The notes: generated by a model from the letters alone, not told the origin. Counted from the first letter of the stretch, positions 40,202 to 50,993 are shown. The stretch: 64,000 nt of DNA from an uncultured Eudoraea sp. (GCA_964636005.1 CAZWPZ010000044.1:9694-73693), one strand, 5' to 3'. Numbers and translations: made by a program.

Positions 40202-41299
40202 CTATTCGCATCCACCAACAAAACCATCCGCACTAAACGAGGTTTGAACCGCTCCCTGTAAGCTACCGTTAACTACTTGAATGGCTAAATTATTCTCGCC
40301 ACTACCATCACGCTTTGGGCTACAATACTCAAAAAGGTAGTAACTGTTTGCCTGTTCGTTAACTCGAAGTGAAATTGCGTTAAAATTAGCCTCTAATTCC
40401 TCCTTATTCTCTGCAAAGACACTAAATGTTTTGCCAAATTCCATTAAAATCTGGGTATCGATTTCAGAACCTAATCCTATAGTAAAAAAGCTAATATTTG
40501 GATTGGCATCTCTAACCTTGGTAATAGCTTCCTCTTCGGTATAACGGGATGCCTGATCAGTTCCGTCTGTGAATACTACGATGGATGCAGCGGCGATAAC
40601 ACTTTCTTCCGCACTCTGATTTAACAGAGTAGTAGCGATATCCGTGGACTTTAATACTGCCCCGTATAAATCGGTAGAGGGATCGCTACTAATATTGGCG
40701 TCAATACCCTCTATGGCCGTAATAAGAGTTTCTTTTGAAGTCGATAGAGGATTCAACAAATGTAACTGGTCCTCCCCATCAAACCAATAAATGGCCATTC
40801 TAAAGGAAGGATCTTCTACGTCGGGCATTACGTTATTAATAAAACCTATGGATGCGGATTGTAGTTCTTCTAAACTCGAACTGAGTACACTATTACTTAA
40901 ATCGAGTACCAGGAGCGTGTTGTTATTGAATATTTGCGAATTAGGAGAAATTCGCGCAAAGGACTCCGAGGAGGAAATAGTATTAAAGCACTCATCATTC
41001 CTCCCTTGTTCATAAATGGTAAACTGACTAGCCCTAAGTTCCGATACGGGATTTCCATCGGTATCCGTAACTTTAAAAAACACGGATACTTTTCCTGGTA
41101 GGGTTGTAAACTGATCCTGAATGGACAAGATAAGATCGTTATCTCCCAATTCCAAGCAGTCATCCACATTGGATCCTTGCCCTAAATCACCTTCTGGTAT
41201 TATGGTAAAATCTATGTCGTCATCTGCATTTCCACAAGAAAAAAGGAGCAAAAGTGCACTTAAAATTGATAGTCTGGTAAAAAGATATTTCATAATCAT
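40202..41299 (-). CDS. VWA domain-containing lipoprotein
   Basis: Lipobox LLLFSCGN. MIDAS motif LLVLDLSNSV, then VVFTDGTD. Confidence 0.75.
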   Translation of the reverse strand: MIMKYLFTRLSILSALLLLFSCGNADDDIDFTIIPEGDLGQGSNVDDCLELGDNDLILSIQDQFTTLPGKVSVFFKVTDTDGNPVSELRASQFTIYEQGRNDECFNTISSSESFARISPNSQIFNNNTLLVLDLSNSVLSSSLEELQSASIGFINNVMPDVEDPSFRMAIYWFDGEDQLHLLNPLSTSKETLITAIEGIDANISSDPSTDLYGAVLKSTDIATTLLNQSAEESVIAAASIVVFTDGTDQASRYTEEEAITKVRDANPNISFFTIGLGSEIDTQILMEFGKTFSVFAENKEELEANFNAISLRVNEQANSYYLFEYCSPKRDGSGENNLAIQVVNGSLQGAVQTSFSADGFVGGCE

Positions 41300-41420
41300 G
41301 GTTTTGTTCTTCCCCCCAACAACGTAGAAAATGAATTAAAATTATAGGGATTACAAAATTTGGTGTTAAATAATGTTAATAAAATTAGTTAGATTAGTCT
41401 TATAATCTAATTATTTAATT

Positions 41421-42368
41421 ATGAGCATACCAATAAGGCAATATCTAATTTTCCTGATTTTTTCGGTGCTGTTAACTCTTACAGTTGCTGCACAAGACCA
41501 ATCCATCGCGGAAAGATTGGGGTATCCCAGAGAGGCCAAACTACTTATCATTCACGCAGATGATTTGGGGGTTTCCAATTCCGAAAATACTGCCAGTATT
41601 TACGCATTGGAGAATACGGCCGTAAATTCTGCAAGTATTATGGTGCCCTGTCCTTGGTTTCCTCAAATAGCGTCTTATGCGAGAGAGCATAAAAAGATGG
41701 ATTTTGGAGTTCATCTAACCCTCAATAGTGAGTGGAAGCATTATAAATGGGGTCCTGTTAGTTCAACTGAACAAGTAAAAAGCTTGGTGAATCAAAAGGG
41801 ATATTTTTTTAGCAGTGTAGATAGCTTAGTAAGTTCAGCGGATCCTAAAGAGGTTGAAGTAGAACTGAGAAATCAAGTGAAAATGGCTTTAGATACTGGA
41901 ATTGATGTCACCCATCTGGATACACACATGGGTTCTGCAGCAAGTACTCCAGAAATAGGCTTAGTATACATCCGCTTAGGCAACGAGTTTAAGGTACCTG
42001 TCCTTTTAGACAGGAGAATTATGGAAACTCCTTTCCCTGGGTTGGATACCTTAATCACGAAGAATACTGTAATAGTAGATAAAATCCATATGGCCTATCC
42101 GAATAATTGGGAAGAGGGTCTGGATATCTACTATAAGCGTTTGTTTAAAAACCTGTCTTCCGGTTTAAATTGTTTACTTATTCACCCTGCTTTCAACAAT
42201 GCTGAAATGAAAGCAATTACTATAGATCATCCGGAATATGGATCTGCCTGGAGACAAGAGGACTTTGATTTCTTTACCACTCCGGAATACACACAAATTC
42301 TTCAGGACGAAGGTGTCATATTGGTCACATGGAAAGAACTTCGTGATAAAATTACTCGCTCAGAATAA
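41421..42368 (+). CDS. YdjC/ChbG-like carbohydrate deacetylase family, exported
   Basis: Motifs LIIHADDLGVSNSEN, GVHLTL and THLDTHMG. Signal peptide present. Confidence 0.77.
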   Translation: MSIPIRQYLIFLIFSVLLTLTVAAQDQSIAERLGYPREAKLLIIHADDLGVSNSENTASIYALENTAVNSASIMVPCPWFPQIASYAREHKKMDFGVHLTLNSEWKHYKWGPVSSTEQVKSLVNQKGYFFSSVDSLVSSADPKEVEVELRNQVKMALDTGIDVTHLDTHMGSAASTPEIGLVYIRLGNEFKVPVLLDRRIMETPFPGLDTLITKNTVIVDKIHMAYPNNWEEGLDIYYKRLFKNLSSGLNCLLIHPAFNNAEMKAITIDHPEYGSAWRQEDFDFFTTPEYTQILQDEGVILVTWKELRDKITRSE

Positions 42369-42460
42369 GTTTTAACATGTAACAAATTGTTAAAGAGTTC
42401 TTAGATGCTGTTTTTTTTGATACCTTAACTTAGAAATCACCTAAAACATCAAGAAACATT

Positions 42461-42922
42461 ATGCCAACGTACCAATTAAACGTAAACGGAGAGTCCAAAA
42501 CCGTAAACGTAAGTGCAGACACTCCTTTATTATGGGTCCTTAGAGATCATTTAGATTTAGTGGGAACCAAATACGGATGTGGCATCTCCCAATGCGGAGC
42601 ATGCACGGTTCATTTAGATGGAAATGCCGTCCGAAGTTGTTCTATAACTATAGATGCAATAGAAGGAAAAGGAATTACTACAATCGAAGGTCTTTCAGAG
42701 AATGGAGATCATCCTGTTCAGCAGGCTTGGAAAGAGGTCGATGTACCCCAGTGCGGATATTGTCAGGCAGGTCAAATTATGACAGCCTCTGCCTTCTTAT
42801 CTAAAAATTCGGCTCCAACCGAAGGAGAAATTAAAGACGCTATGCACGGTAATATATGCCGTTGTGCCTCTTACACCAGAATTTACAAAGCAGTAGAAAT
42901 TGCTGCAACAAAACTTTCCTAA
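42461..42922 (+). CDS. (2Fe-2S)-binding small subunit of a molybdo-hydroxylase (IorA-like)
   Basis: Motifs GCGISQCGACTV, CGYCQAGQIM and NICRCASY. Confidence 0.9.
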   Translation: MPTYQLNVNGESKTVNVSADTPLLWVLRDHLDLVGTKYGCGISQCGACTVHLDGNAVRSCSITIDAIEGKGITTIEGLSENGDHPVQQAWKEVDVPQCGYCQAGQIMTASAFLSKNSAPTEGEIKDAMHGNICRCASYTRIYKAVEIAATKLS

Positions 42923-45114
42923 TGGACTCTAACGCAAACAATATGTCACACAATAAAAAATCTAAGGGATTGAGTAGAAGATCCTTTATGAAAGCTAGTT
43001 CCCTGGCCAGCGGAGGGATGCTAATTGGATTCAACCTCTTTAATGCCTGTAAACCGGATGCAAAACCTCCGGTAAACTTAGCAGATTTGAATTACAACGA
43101 TTTTAATGCCTTTATTCAAATTGCAGACAACGGTGCGGTGACCATATATTCCCCAAACCCTGAAATAGGGCAAGGTGTTAAAACAGCAATGCCAATGATT
43201 ATCGCAGAAGAGCTAGATGTTGCTTGGAAGGATGTCTATGTAAAACAAGGTATTTTAGATACCCAAAACTATACGCGTCAGGTAGCTGGTGGTAGCCAGT
43301 CCATTCGCTTTGGGTGGGATCCGCTCAGAAAGACTGGAGCTACAGCACGCCAAATGTTGGTAAATGCGGCGGCTGCAAGATGGGGTGTAGACCCAGCAGA
43401 GTGTTCGACTTCAGAAGGAATTATCACCAATGCCAATGGAGATAAACTAGGCTATGGTGAAGTTGTAAAAGAGGCAGCAGCATTGGAGGTTCCAGAAGAT
43501 GTAAGCCTTAAAAAAATGAAGGATTATACCATTATAGGAAAAGATACTCCTAATGTGGATATAGATGAAATAATTACTGGTAAGCCTCTCTATGGTTTGG
43601 ATTATAAAAAAGAGAATATGCTTATTGCATCTGTCTTAAGGCCACCTGCATTTGGACAAAAGTTAGACAGTTTTGATGATACGGGGGCTAAAGCCGTGGA
43701 AGGGGTAGTTGATGTTATTCGATTTGAGAATAAAATTGCCGTTTTAGCCAAGGATACCTGGACTGCAATGAAAGGAAAAAAAGCCTTAAAGGCTACTTGG
43801 GTAGAAGACACAAAACTCGAAAGCACCGCTGACCACGATAAATTTCTTACAGGATTGCTAGATGGGAATAAATTTGAAACACTGCGATCCGACGGAGATA
43901 TTAAGAAAGCTTTTGCCAAGGCAGATTTAGTCCTAGAGAAAACGTATGAGTCTCCTTTTCTTCCGCACAACTGTTTAGAACCAATGAACTTTTATGCAGA
44001 CGTAACCGATACAAAAATACATCTGGTGGGTCCCATTCAAACTCCTGAGGGAACAGCCAAACATGTCGCTGGCTTACTAGAAAGAGAAGAAAACGAGGTA
44101 CACCTGGAAATGACCCGAATGGGTGGTGGTTTCGGCCGAAGATTATATGGAGATTTTGTGGTAGAAGCTGCCCAAATTTCCAATTTAGCTAAAAAACCAG
44201 TAAAGGTTGTTTTCTCCCGAGAAGACGATATGGCCGATGGTATTTACAGGCCTTCCATAAAATATAGAATAAAAGCGGCTGTTAAGGATGGGGAACTAAT
44301 TGGTTATCACTTAAAAGAAGCGTCCATTAATTCCAACATGTACGGTCTTATTCCCAATTTCTTTCCGGCAGGTGCCGTAGAGAATTATCAGGTAGATGTT
44401 GCCAAATACGATAGTAACATTACTACAGGAGCATGGAGAGCACCTTATACCAACTTTCTTGCTTTTGCAGAACAAAGTTTCTTCGATGAATTAGCTGAAG
44501 CAATGGAAGTAGATAAAATTAAACTTCGGTTGGATTTATTGCAAAAAGTTAAAGGAACCACAGACGAGCGCATACAGTACTCCCCTGAACGCATGGAAGA
44601 AGTAATTAAGGTCGCTGTGGAAAAGTCGGGCTGGGGTAAACAGCCAGAAGGAGTTTATCAAGGTTTCGTTAACTACTACTGTCACAACAGTCATGTGGCA
44701 GAAGTTGCAGATGTAGTTTTAGAAAAAGGGTCTCCCGTTGTTAAAAAAATTACTTGCGTGGTAGACTGTGGTATTTTAGTAAACCCTTTAGGAGCTAAAA
44801 ATCAGATAGAAGGTGGTGTGATTGATGGGGTAGGGCACTCTATGTTCGGAGATTTTGGGTTCGAAAATGGAAAGCCAACTGCACATAATTTTGATAAATA
44901 TAGACTTATCAGAATGAAGGAAGCCCCTTTGGTTGAAACACATATAATTCGAAATACACATAGCCCGACAGGTTTAGGTGAGCCCACACTTCCACCAGCA
45001 GGTGGCGCAATTGCCAATGCCTTTAAGGCGGCTACCGGGAAGAGGTTATACAAGCAACCATTTAGTAAATATCCAGAATTGTTAAAAGCTCCGGAACGAG
45101 AAATTATCGGCTAA
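42922..45114 (+). CDS. molybdopterin-binding large subunit of aldehyde/isoquinoline oxidoreductase type (IorB-like), Tat-exported
   Basis: Twin-arginine signal SRRSFMKASS. Large xanthine-dehydrogenase-family body. ATG at 42922 in a TAATG overlap with the small subunit. Confidence 0.86.
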   Translation: MDSNANNMSHNKKSKGLSRRSFMKASSLASGGMLIGFNLFNACKPDAKPPVNLADLNYNDFNAFIQIADNGAVTIYSPNPEIGQGVKTAMPMIIAEELDVAWKDVYVKQGILDTQNYTRQVAGGSQSIRFGWDPLRKTGATARQMLVNAAAARWGVDPAECSTSEGIITNANGDKLGYGEVVKEAAALEVPEDVSLKKMKDYTIIGKDTPNVDIDEIITGKPLYGLDYKKENMLIASVLRPPAFGQKLDSFDDTGAKAVEGVVDVIRFENKIAVLAKDTWTAMKGKKALKATWVEDTKLESTADHDKFLTGLLDGNKFETLRSDGDIKKAFAKADLVLEKTYESPFLPHNCLEPMNFYADVTDTKIHLVGPIQTPEGTAKHVAGLLEREENEVHLEMTRMGGGFGRRLYGDFVVEAAQISNLAKKPVKVVFSREDDMADGIYRPSIKYRIKAAVKDGELIGYHLKEASINSNMYGLIPNFFPAGAVENYQVDVAKYDSNITTGAWRAPYTNFLAFAEQSFFDELAEAMEVDKIKLRLDLLQKVKGTTDERIQYSPERMEEVIKVAVEKSGWGKQPEGVYQGFVNYYCHNSHVAEVADVVLEKGSPVVKKITCVVDCGILVNPLGAKNQIEGGVIDGVGHSMFGDFGFENGKPTAHNFDKYRLIRMKEAPLVETHIIRNTHSPTGLGEPTLPPAGGAIANAFKAATGKRLYKQPFSKYPELLKAPEREIIG

Positions 45115-45115
45115 T

Positions 45116-45361
45116 ATGAACGTATTATTATTTGGAATAACCCAAGATATAGTTGGCTCTGCTTCCTTATCCATACCTATTTCAAAAAGCAGTAAACTCA
45201 AATCAGTTTCGGATTTAAAGGTGTTTTTAGGGGAGAATTATCCACAGCTTAATACCTTGAGTTCACTTGCAGTTGCGGTAAATAAAAAATATGCCAAAGA
45301 CGAAGACAGTATCAGTAATTTTGACGAGATTGCACTTATTCCACCGGTTAGCGGTGGCTAG
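45116..45361 (+). CDS. moaD: molybdopterin synthase sulfur-carrier subunit
   Basis: 81 aa, ubiquitin-like size. C-terminal PPVSGG. Confidence 0.75.
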   Translation: MNVLLFGITQDIVGSASLSIPISKSSKLKSVSDLKVFLGENYPQLNTLSSLAVAVNKKYAKDEDSISNFDEIALIPPVSGG

Positions 45362-45390
45362 GTGTCTTTGTAAGCCTTAAATGATATTTT

Positions 45391-46374
45391 ATGCTTGTTG
45401 ATAATCACGGGAGAAGAATTAATTATTTGCGATTGGCCGTAACCGATAGGTGCAACCTTCGCTGCAATTACTGCATGCCGTCAGAGGGAATTAATTTTGC
45501 CAAAAAAGAAAAGCTATTGTCTATCCAAGAACTGTCGAAAACCGCAGGTTTATTGGTAGATATGGGAATCGATAAGATAAGGATTACTGGAGGAGAACCC
45601 TTTGTAAGAAAAGATCTTATGGTGCTTCTGGAGGACCTCAGTAATATGTCGAAACTAAAAGACATATCCATCACAACGAATGCCACCCTGATCGGACCGC
45701 ATATTTCTACGCTAAAAAAGTTGTCTATACAAAACATCAATGTGAGTATGGACGCTATAAACAGGGAAACCTTTGAGAAAATCACAAGAAGGGATCAATA
45801 TGATTTGGTACAGGAAAATTTGATCCGATTGATTTCGGATGGGTTTAACGTCCGGATTAATTTTATTGTTTTAGATGGTCAGAATATTGGCGATATCATA
45901 CCAATTTTAGACCTACAGAAGTACTATCCTGTTGAGGTGCGTTTTTTGGAAGAAATGCCCTTTAATGGAGGATCAAAAGAATTCAATGCTATCCAATGGA
46001 ACTATAAAAAGATTTATGAGCATATAAGTGCTGTCTATCCAAAGATTTCAAAGTTACAGTCTCCTGAAACCTCCACATCTATTAATTATAAAATAGATGG
46101 TCATAAGGGAAGTTTTGGCATAATTCCCTCTTTTAGCCGCACTTTTTGCGGCAGTTGTAATAGGTTGCGAATAACGGCATTAGGCGATGTGATTACCTGT
46201 CTCTATGGACCGCCAAAAACCAACATCCGAGACCTCATAAGGGGCAATAATTCGGATATTGAAATTGAAAAAGCTATTAAAGACGTTATCGGTAAACGAT
46301 CTAAAACTGGATTTGAAGCTCAACAAGAACACCAAAATGTGTTTCAAAATTCGATGACGTCAATTGGAGGATAA
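45391..46374 (+). CDS. moaA: GTP 3',8-cyclase (radical SAM)
   Basis: Motifs CNLRCNYCMP and CGSCNRLRITALG. Confidence 0.92.
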   Translation: MLVDNHGRRINYLRLAVTDRCNLRCNYCMPSEGINFAKKEKLLSIQELSKTAGLLVDMGIDKIRITGGEPFVRKDLMVLLEDLSNMSKLKDISITTNATLIGPHISTLKKLSIQNINVSMDAINRETFEKITRRDQYDLVQENLIRLISDGFNVRINFIVLDGQNIGDIIPILDLQKYYPVEVRFLEEMPFNGGSKEFNAIQWNYKKIYEHISAVYPKISKLQSPETSTSINYKIDGHKGSFGIIPSFSRTFCGSCNRLRITALGDVITCLYGPPKTNIRDLIRGNNSDIEIEKAIKDVIGKRSKTGFEAQQEHQNVFQNSMTSIGG

Positions 46375-46410
46375 AAAGGAACTATTTGTTAAATCGAAAG
46401 TGTTTCCCAA

Positions 46411-47022
46411 ATGCTAAATCAAGCTAAACATAATATATCTAAAGTATACGGATTGGTACTTTCTGGAGGAAAAAGTACGCGAATGGGAAGAGATAAAGGA
46501 GAAATTCATTATCACAATAAACCACAAAGAGAATACTTGTACGAACTATTGTCCCAAGTATGTGATAAAACGTTCCTAAGTCTTCGAAAGGACCAATTGA
46601 CTGCCATCCCTCCGAATATGGAATTTATTGTAGATCGTAATGAATTCAAAGGTCCTTTTAATGGTATTCTATCTGCTCATCATTATCATTCGGATGTAGC
46701 CTGGCTAGTTGTCGCCTGTGATTTACCATTACTAGATTTGGCAAGTATAAAACAACTTCTTCGTGCAAGACAAAGTACGAAGACAGCTACAGCATATAGC
46801 ACCTCCACACAGAATCTTCCCGAACCTTTGGCAGCCATATGGGAACCCGAAGGATTGGCAAAGGCTAAAAGTCATATGGAGTCTTCCGAAAGCAGCTGCC
46901 CTCGAAAATTCTTAATTAATTCTGATATTTCTCTAGTGTATCCTGAAAAAGATGCGCTACTTACAAATGCAAATTCTTTACAGGATTACGAGGAAGTTCT
47001 AATAAAACTGCAATCTAAGTGA
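46411..47022 (+). CDS. mobA: MobA-like molybdenum cofactor guanylyltransferase
   Basis: N-terminal motif GLVLSGGKSTRMGRDKG. Confidence 0.72.
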   Translation: MLNQAKHNISKVYGLVLSGGKSTRMGRDKGEIHYHNKPQREYLYELLSQVCDKTFLSLRKDQLTAIPPNMEFIVDRNEFKGPFNGILSAHHYHSDVAWLVVACDLPLLDLASIKQLLRARQSTKTATAYSTSTQNLPEPLAAIWEPEGLAKAKSHMESSESSCPRKFLINSDISLVYPEKDALLTNANSLQDYEEVLIKLQSK

Positions 47023-48086
47023 AGTCAAATAGGTATCTACGGCATACTACCCTAAAAGGATTTGGCGATAAGGCTCAAGTAAAATTAAAACAATCGAAAG
47101 TCTTGGTAGTCGGTGGTGGTGGTTTGGGTATCCCTGTTCTTCAATACCTCAACGCCATGGGTGTAGGAACTCTGGGAATAGTGGAGGGAGATACTATAGA
47201 TTTAACTAATCTGCAACGTCAGGTTATTTATTCAGAAGATGAAATCGGATTAGAAAAGGCTTCCGTCCTCAAAAAAAAATTAGGCTTGCAAAATTCTGAG
47301 ACTAACTTACAAGTCTTTTCTACCTATCTTCGAGAATCAAATGCTTTGGAGATAATACAGAATTTTGATGTAGTCGTAGATGCATCAGACAACTTTCCTA
47401 CCAGATATCTAATTAATGACGCATGTGTAATTCTCAAAAAACCATTTGTTTATGGAGCTTTACATGGATATGAAGCACAGTTGAGTGTTTTTAATTACAA
47501 AAATGGTCCGACCTATCGATGCCTCTATCCACAAATGCCCAGTGCTTCCGAAATTCCAGATTGTAATATAAATGGAGTCTTAGGAGTATTACCAGGAATA
47601 GTGGGCAATTTACAAGCGCTGGAAACAGTAAAGCTATTGACCGAAATAGGGGAGGTGTTATCGGGTAAGCTCTTACTCTACAATGGTCTCAAACAGCGCA
47701 TAGATCATATTATCTTCGAAGGGATAGCACAAAACAAAAATATCTCCCATCTCGCCAAAGACTATCAATTTCCAAAAGACTTGTCGACACATAGTATTTC
47801 AGCAAATAGCTTTAGAGAAGCCATGGTTGCCAATGATTCGCTACAAATTGTTGATGTAAGAACAGAAAAAGAATATCGTGCAAATCATTTAGAAAACGCA
47901 AAGAATATTCCTTTGTCTGATTTACAAAATTACAATGACTCTTTCGATAGAAATAAAAAGCTATTTTTAATTTGTAAAACAGGAACAAGAAGTAACATCG
48001 GTTGTGAAATACTAACAAAAAAGTATCAAAATCTGCAGGTATATTCTGTAGAAGGAGGTATGAATGCTTTAGAAATGGACAACTAG
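47019..48086 (+). CDS. moeB: molybdopterin-synthase adenylyltransferase with C-terminal rhodanese domain
   Basis: Motif VLVVGGGGLGIPVLQYL, Cys pairs YRCLYP...IPDC, and rhodanese loop LICKTGTRS. GTG start overlaps the mobA stop. Confidence 0.84.
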   Translation: MKSNRYLRHTTLKGFGDKAQVKLKQSKVLVVGGGGLGIPVLQYLNAMGVGTLGIVEGDTIDLTNLQRQVIYSEDEIGLEKASVLKKKLGLQNSETNLQVFSTYLRESNALEIIQNFDVVVDASDNFPTRYLINDACVILKKPFVYGALHGYEAQLSVFNYKNGPTYRCLYPQMPSASEIPDCNINGVLGVLPGIVGNLQALETVKLLTEIGEVLSGKLLLYNGLKQRIDHIIFEGIAQNKNISHLAKDYQFPKDLSTHSISANSFREAMVANDSLQIVDVRTEKEYRANHLENAKNIPLSDLQNYNDSFDRNKKLFLICKTGTRSNIGCEILTKKYQNLQVYSVEGGMNALEMDN

Positions 48087-48128
48087 ATATACCAAATACT
48101 TTTCATGACTTTAAAAGCCAAAAATTAA

Positions 48129-49334
48129 ATGACCTTAATAACCAGTGAAGAAGCTTATACGCACGTATTAAACACTTGCTATTCCTTTAAGGTAGAGTCT
48201 GTTAGCATAAAAAATGCTGTTGGAAGAGTTTTGGCAGAAGATATTTATGCCGATAGAGATTTTCCCCCCTACAATCGGTCTACAAAAGACGGTATCGCTG
48301 TTATTTATGATGCAGTAGAACAAGGCCGACGAGAATTTGATGTTATGGGAATTGTTTCGGCTGGTCAAAAAACCTACCCTTTTTTAAAGGAGGCAGAATG
48401 TGTTGAAATTATGACTGGAGCAATGGTTCCGTATGAAGCAGATGCTGTAATAATGTATGAGGACATCCAAATTGAAAAAGGTGTTGCCTCCACTTCGAAA
48501 GAAGTTCTTCGTGGGCAAAACATTCATAAGAGAGGAAGCGATTTAAAGAAAGGTGACCTTATTCTCAAGAAGAATACGAAAATATCTGCTGCAGAAATAG
48601 GGGTTCTTGCCACCGTAGGTAAATCCAAAATACTGGTAAAAGAACTACCCTCCGTCGCCATAATTTCGACTGGGAACGAGTTGGTCCCTATTGATGAACA
48701 GCCCAAAATCCATCAAATAAGAAAGTCCAATTCCTATACCCTTTATGCGGCCCTAAAAGAGTTTGGCATAGAGCCACTTCTTCTTCATCTTCCGGATGAT
48801 GAAGATATTATCAGACAAAGACTGCATATTGCAATTCAGGAAATGGATATACTTCTTCTAAGTGGTGGGGTTTCTAAGGGGAAGTTCGATTTTATTCCTA
48901 AAGTATTGGAACAGCTGGGTGTAAAAAAGTTTTTTCACGGTGTCAGACAAAGACCTGGCAAGCCCTTTTGGTTTGGAAGAAGCAAAAACAATCATGCGAT
49001 AGTTTTTTCCTTTCCAGGTAACCCAGTATCCACTTTTGCTAATTTTCACATCTATTTTGTTCCTTGGTTGAATACTTCACTTGGTCTAGAAATAAATGAA
49101 TTAAGGGCCGAACTTCTACAGAGTATAAGTAATAAGAGTACGTTTACGAGGTTTTACAATGTAAAGCTAATTGTAGACAGGGGCCGAATTAAGGCAGAAT
49201 TGATTGATTCGAATACTTCCGGAGATTTACAGAGTTTGACAAAATCGGATGGCTTTATTAAATTGATCCCTAGAGAAGAGCCCTATACACCAGAAGAATT
49301 AGTACCTTTAGTTTTATATCGATTACCATTATAA
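48129..49334 (+). CDS. moeA: molybdopterin molybdenumtransferase
   Basis: Motifs STKDGIAV, LLLSGGVSKGKFDF, PGKPFWFG and PGNPVS. Confidence 0.88.
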   Translation: MTLITSEEAYTHVLNTCYSFKVESVSIKNAVGRVLAEDIYADRDFPPYNRSTKDGIAVIYDAVEQGRREFDVMGIVSAGQKTYPFLKEAECVEIMTGAMVPYEADAVIMYEDIQIEKGVASTSKEVLRGQNIHKRGSDLKKGDLILKKNTKISAAEIGVLATVGKSKILVKELPSVAIISTGNELVPIDEQPKIHQIRKSNSYTLYAALKEFGIEPLLLHLPDDEDIIRQRLHIAIQEMDILLLSGGVSKGKFDFIPKVLEQLGVKKFFHGVRQRPGKPFWFGRSKNNHAIVFSFPGNPVSTFANFHIYFVPWLNTSLGLEINELRAELLQSISNKSTFTRFYNVKLIVDRGRIKAELIDSNTSGDLQSLTKSDGFIKLIPREEPYTPEELVPLVLYRLPL

Positions 49335-50348
49335 ATGACGCATGAAATCCTCCAAATATTCCAAAGCTATGCTACCAATAAAAAATTGGGTCTAAAAGCG
49401 GTTATGGCTTCTGTAGTGCATTTAGAAGGCTCTTCTTACCGAAAACCAGGTGTAAGAATGCTACTTTTCGACAATAATGTCATGGTAGGGGCTGTAAGCG
49501 GAGGTTGTGTTGAAAAGGAAATTAAGAGACAAGCTCAATCAGTTTTTAAAACAAATACGCCAAAGTTAATGACCTATGACGGTCGATACCGTCTTGGGTG
49601 TGAAGGGGTTTTATATATTCTAATAGAACCATTTAATCCCAATCAGCAATTAACTAAAGCCTTTGAATCCTGTGTTGAAAATAGATGGGAGTTTGAAATC
49701 TACTCCCAATATTCGCTTTCCGAGAAGGAAAATGAATTATTCGGTTCCTTTATTCGCATTAAAGGTGAATCCTTTCCATTGAGCGAACAACTTACAGAAA
49801 ATACAGATCTGGATATATTTACGCAGCAATTGAAACCCCGACTCAAATTATTAATTATCGGAGCAGAACACGATGCTGTGCAACTTACCAAATATGCAAG
49901 TTTATCGGGTTGGGAAATAGATGTTGTGGCAGCTCCAACAGAGGAAAAAAAGCTAAATGATTTTCCAGGTGCAAGTGCTATATTTTATATACCACCAGAA
50001 GATATAGCCAAATTGGTCAAGGATTCTGAAACGGCTATTGTTTTAATGACGCATAGTTATGTCAAAGATCTGCAGTTTCTTTTGCATCTTGCCAATTGTA
50101 AAGTACCTTATATTGGACTTCTGGGACCTGCAGCCAGACGAGACAGGTTGCTGAATGAGTTGATAGAACTTAAAGACGATATATTTATCGATTTTATGGA
50201 TTCGATATACGGTCCGGCCGGATTGGATATTGGTGCCATTACACCTCAGGAAATTGCGGTATCTATTGTTGCGGAAATATTGGCAATTACCAGAGTACGC
50301 ACTCCGGATTTCCTAAAGAATAAGACAGGAACCATTCACTCCTTATAG
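49335..50348 (+). CDS. XdhC family molybdoenzyme maturation chaperone
   Basis: Motif GAVSGGCVE. C-terminal Rossmann-like motif LLIIGAEHDA. Confidence 0.8.
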   Translation: MTHEILQIFQSYATNKKLGLKAVMASVVHLEGSSYRKPGVRMLLFDNNVMVGAVSGGCVEKEIKRQAQSVFKTNTPKLMTYDGRYRLGCEGVLYILIEPFNPNQQLTKAFESCVENRWEFEIYSQYSLSEKENELFGSFIRIKGESFPLSEQLTENTDLDIFTQQLKPRLKLLIIGAEHDAVQLTKYASLSGWEIDVVAAPTEEKKLNDFPGASAIFYIPPEDIAKLVKDSETAIVLMTHSYVKDLQFLLHLANCKVPYIGLLGPAARRDRLLNELIELKDDIFIDFMDSIYGPAGLDIGAITPQEIAVSIVAEILAITRVRTPDFLKNKTGTIHSL

Positions 50349-50350
50349 CA

Positions 50351-50944
50351 ATGGAAACATCCATACTTATTATGGCTGCGGGTAGCGCCAAGAGAATGGG
50401 AGCAACAAAACAACTCTTGCCTTGGGGAAATACAACACTTGTTGAGCATTGTATTAACAAAGCCATCGCTTCAAATGCAACAAATGTGGTAGTAGTCTTA
50501 GGTGCAAATGCCAAAAAAATTGAAAAGTCTATTGAAACCTCCGAGGTGGATTTATTAATAAACGAAAACTGGTATAGTGGTATTGGATCGTCAATTTCCG
50601 CAGGAGTTGGTTATATTATGTCCAACTTTTCAAACACCAAAGGCATTTTAATTGTCCTTGCAGACCAACCCTTTATAACTATTGAAAATTTAAACAACTT
50701 TTTTAAAACGGCAGATGTAAATGAAGACTTCATAATTGCTTCCAAATATTCTTCGAGCTTCGGTGTACCTGCCTTTTTTCCGAAGGTATACTTTAAAGAA
50801 CTATTGCAACTTAATGAGGACCAAGGAGCGAAAAGTATATTAGAAAAGCTAAAAAAAAGCATCCTACCACTAGCGGATACTTTAGACTTGACAGATTTAG
50901 ATAGTCCGGAAAGCTATCAAAGACATATAAATAAAGTAAAATAA
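50351..50944 (+). CDS. MocA-like molybdenum cofactor cytidylyltransferase
   Basis: Motif ILIMAAGSAKRMGATKQLLPW. It directly follows xdhC. Confidence 0.73.
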   Translation: METSILIMAAGSAKRMGATKQLLPWGNTTLVEHCINKAIASNATNVVVVLGANAKKIEKSIETSEVDLLINENWYSGIGSSISAGVGYIMSNFSNTKGILIVLADQPFITIENLNNFFKTADVNEDFIIASKYSSSFGVPAFFPKVYFKELLQLNEDQGAKSILEKLKKSILPLADTLDLTDLDSPESYQRHINKVK

Positions 50945-50993
50945 GAATTGAAGAAAATTTGCCAAATGTATTAACCGTAAAACGTACTTATTC

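Noticed and set aside
42856-42921. An N-terminal extension of the large oxidoreductase subunit that overlaps the 2Fe-2S subunit.
   Set aside because: The ATG at 42922 gives a TAATG coupling and places the twin-arginine signal at the proper distance from the N-terminus.
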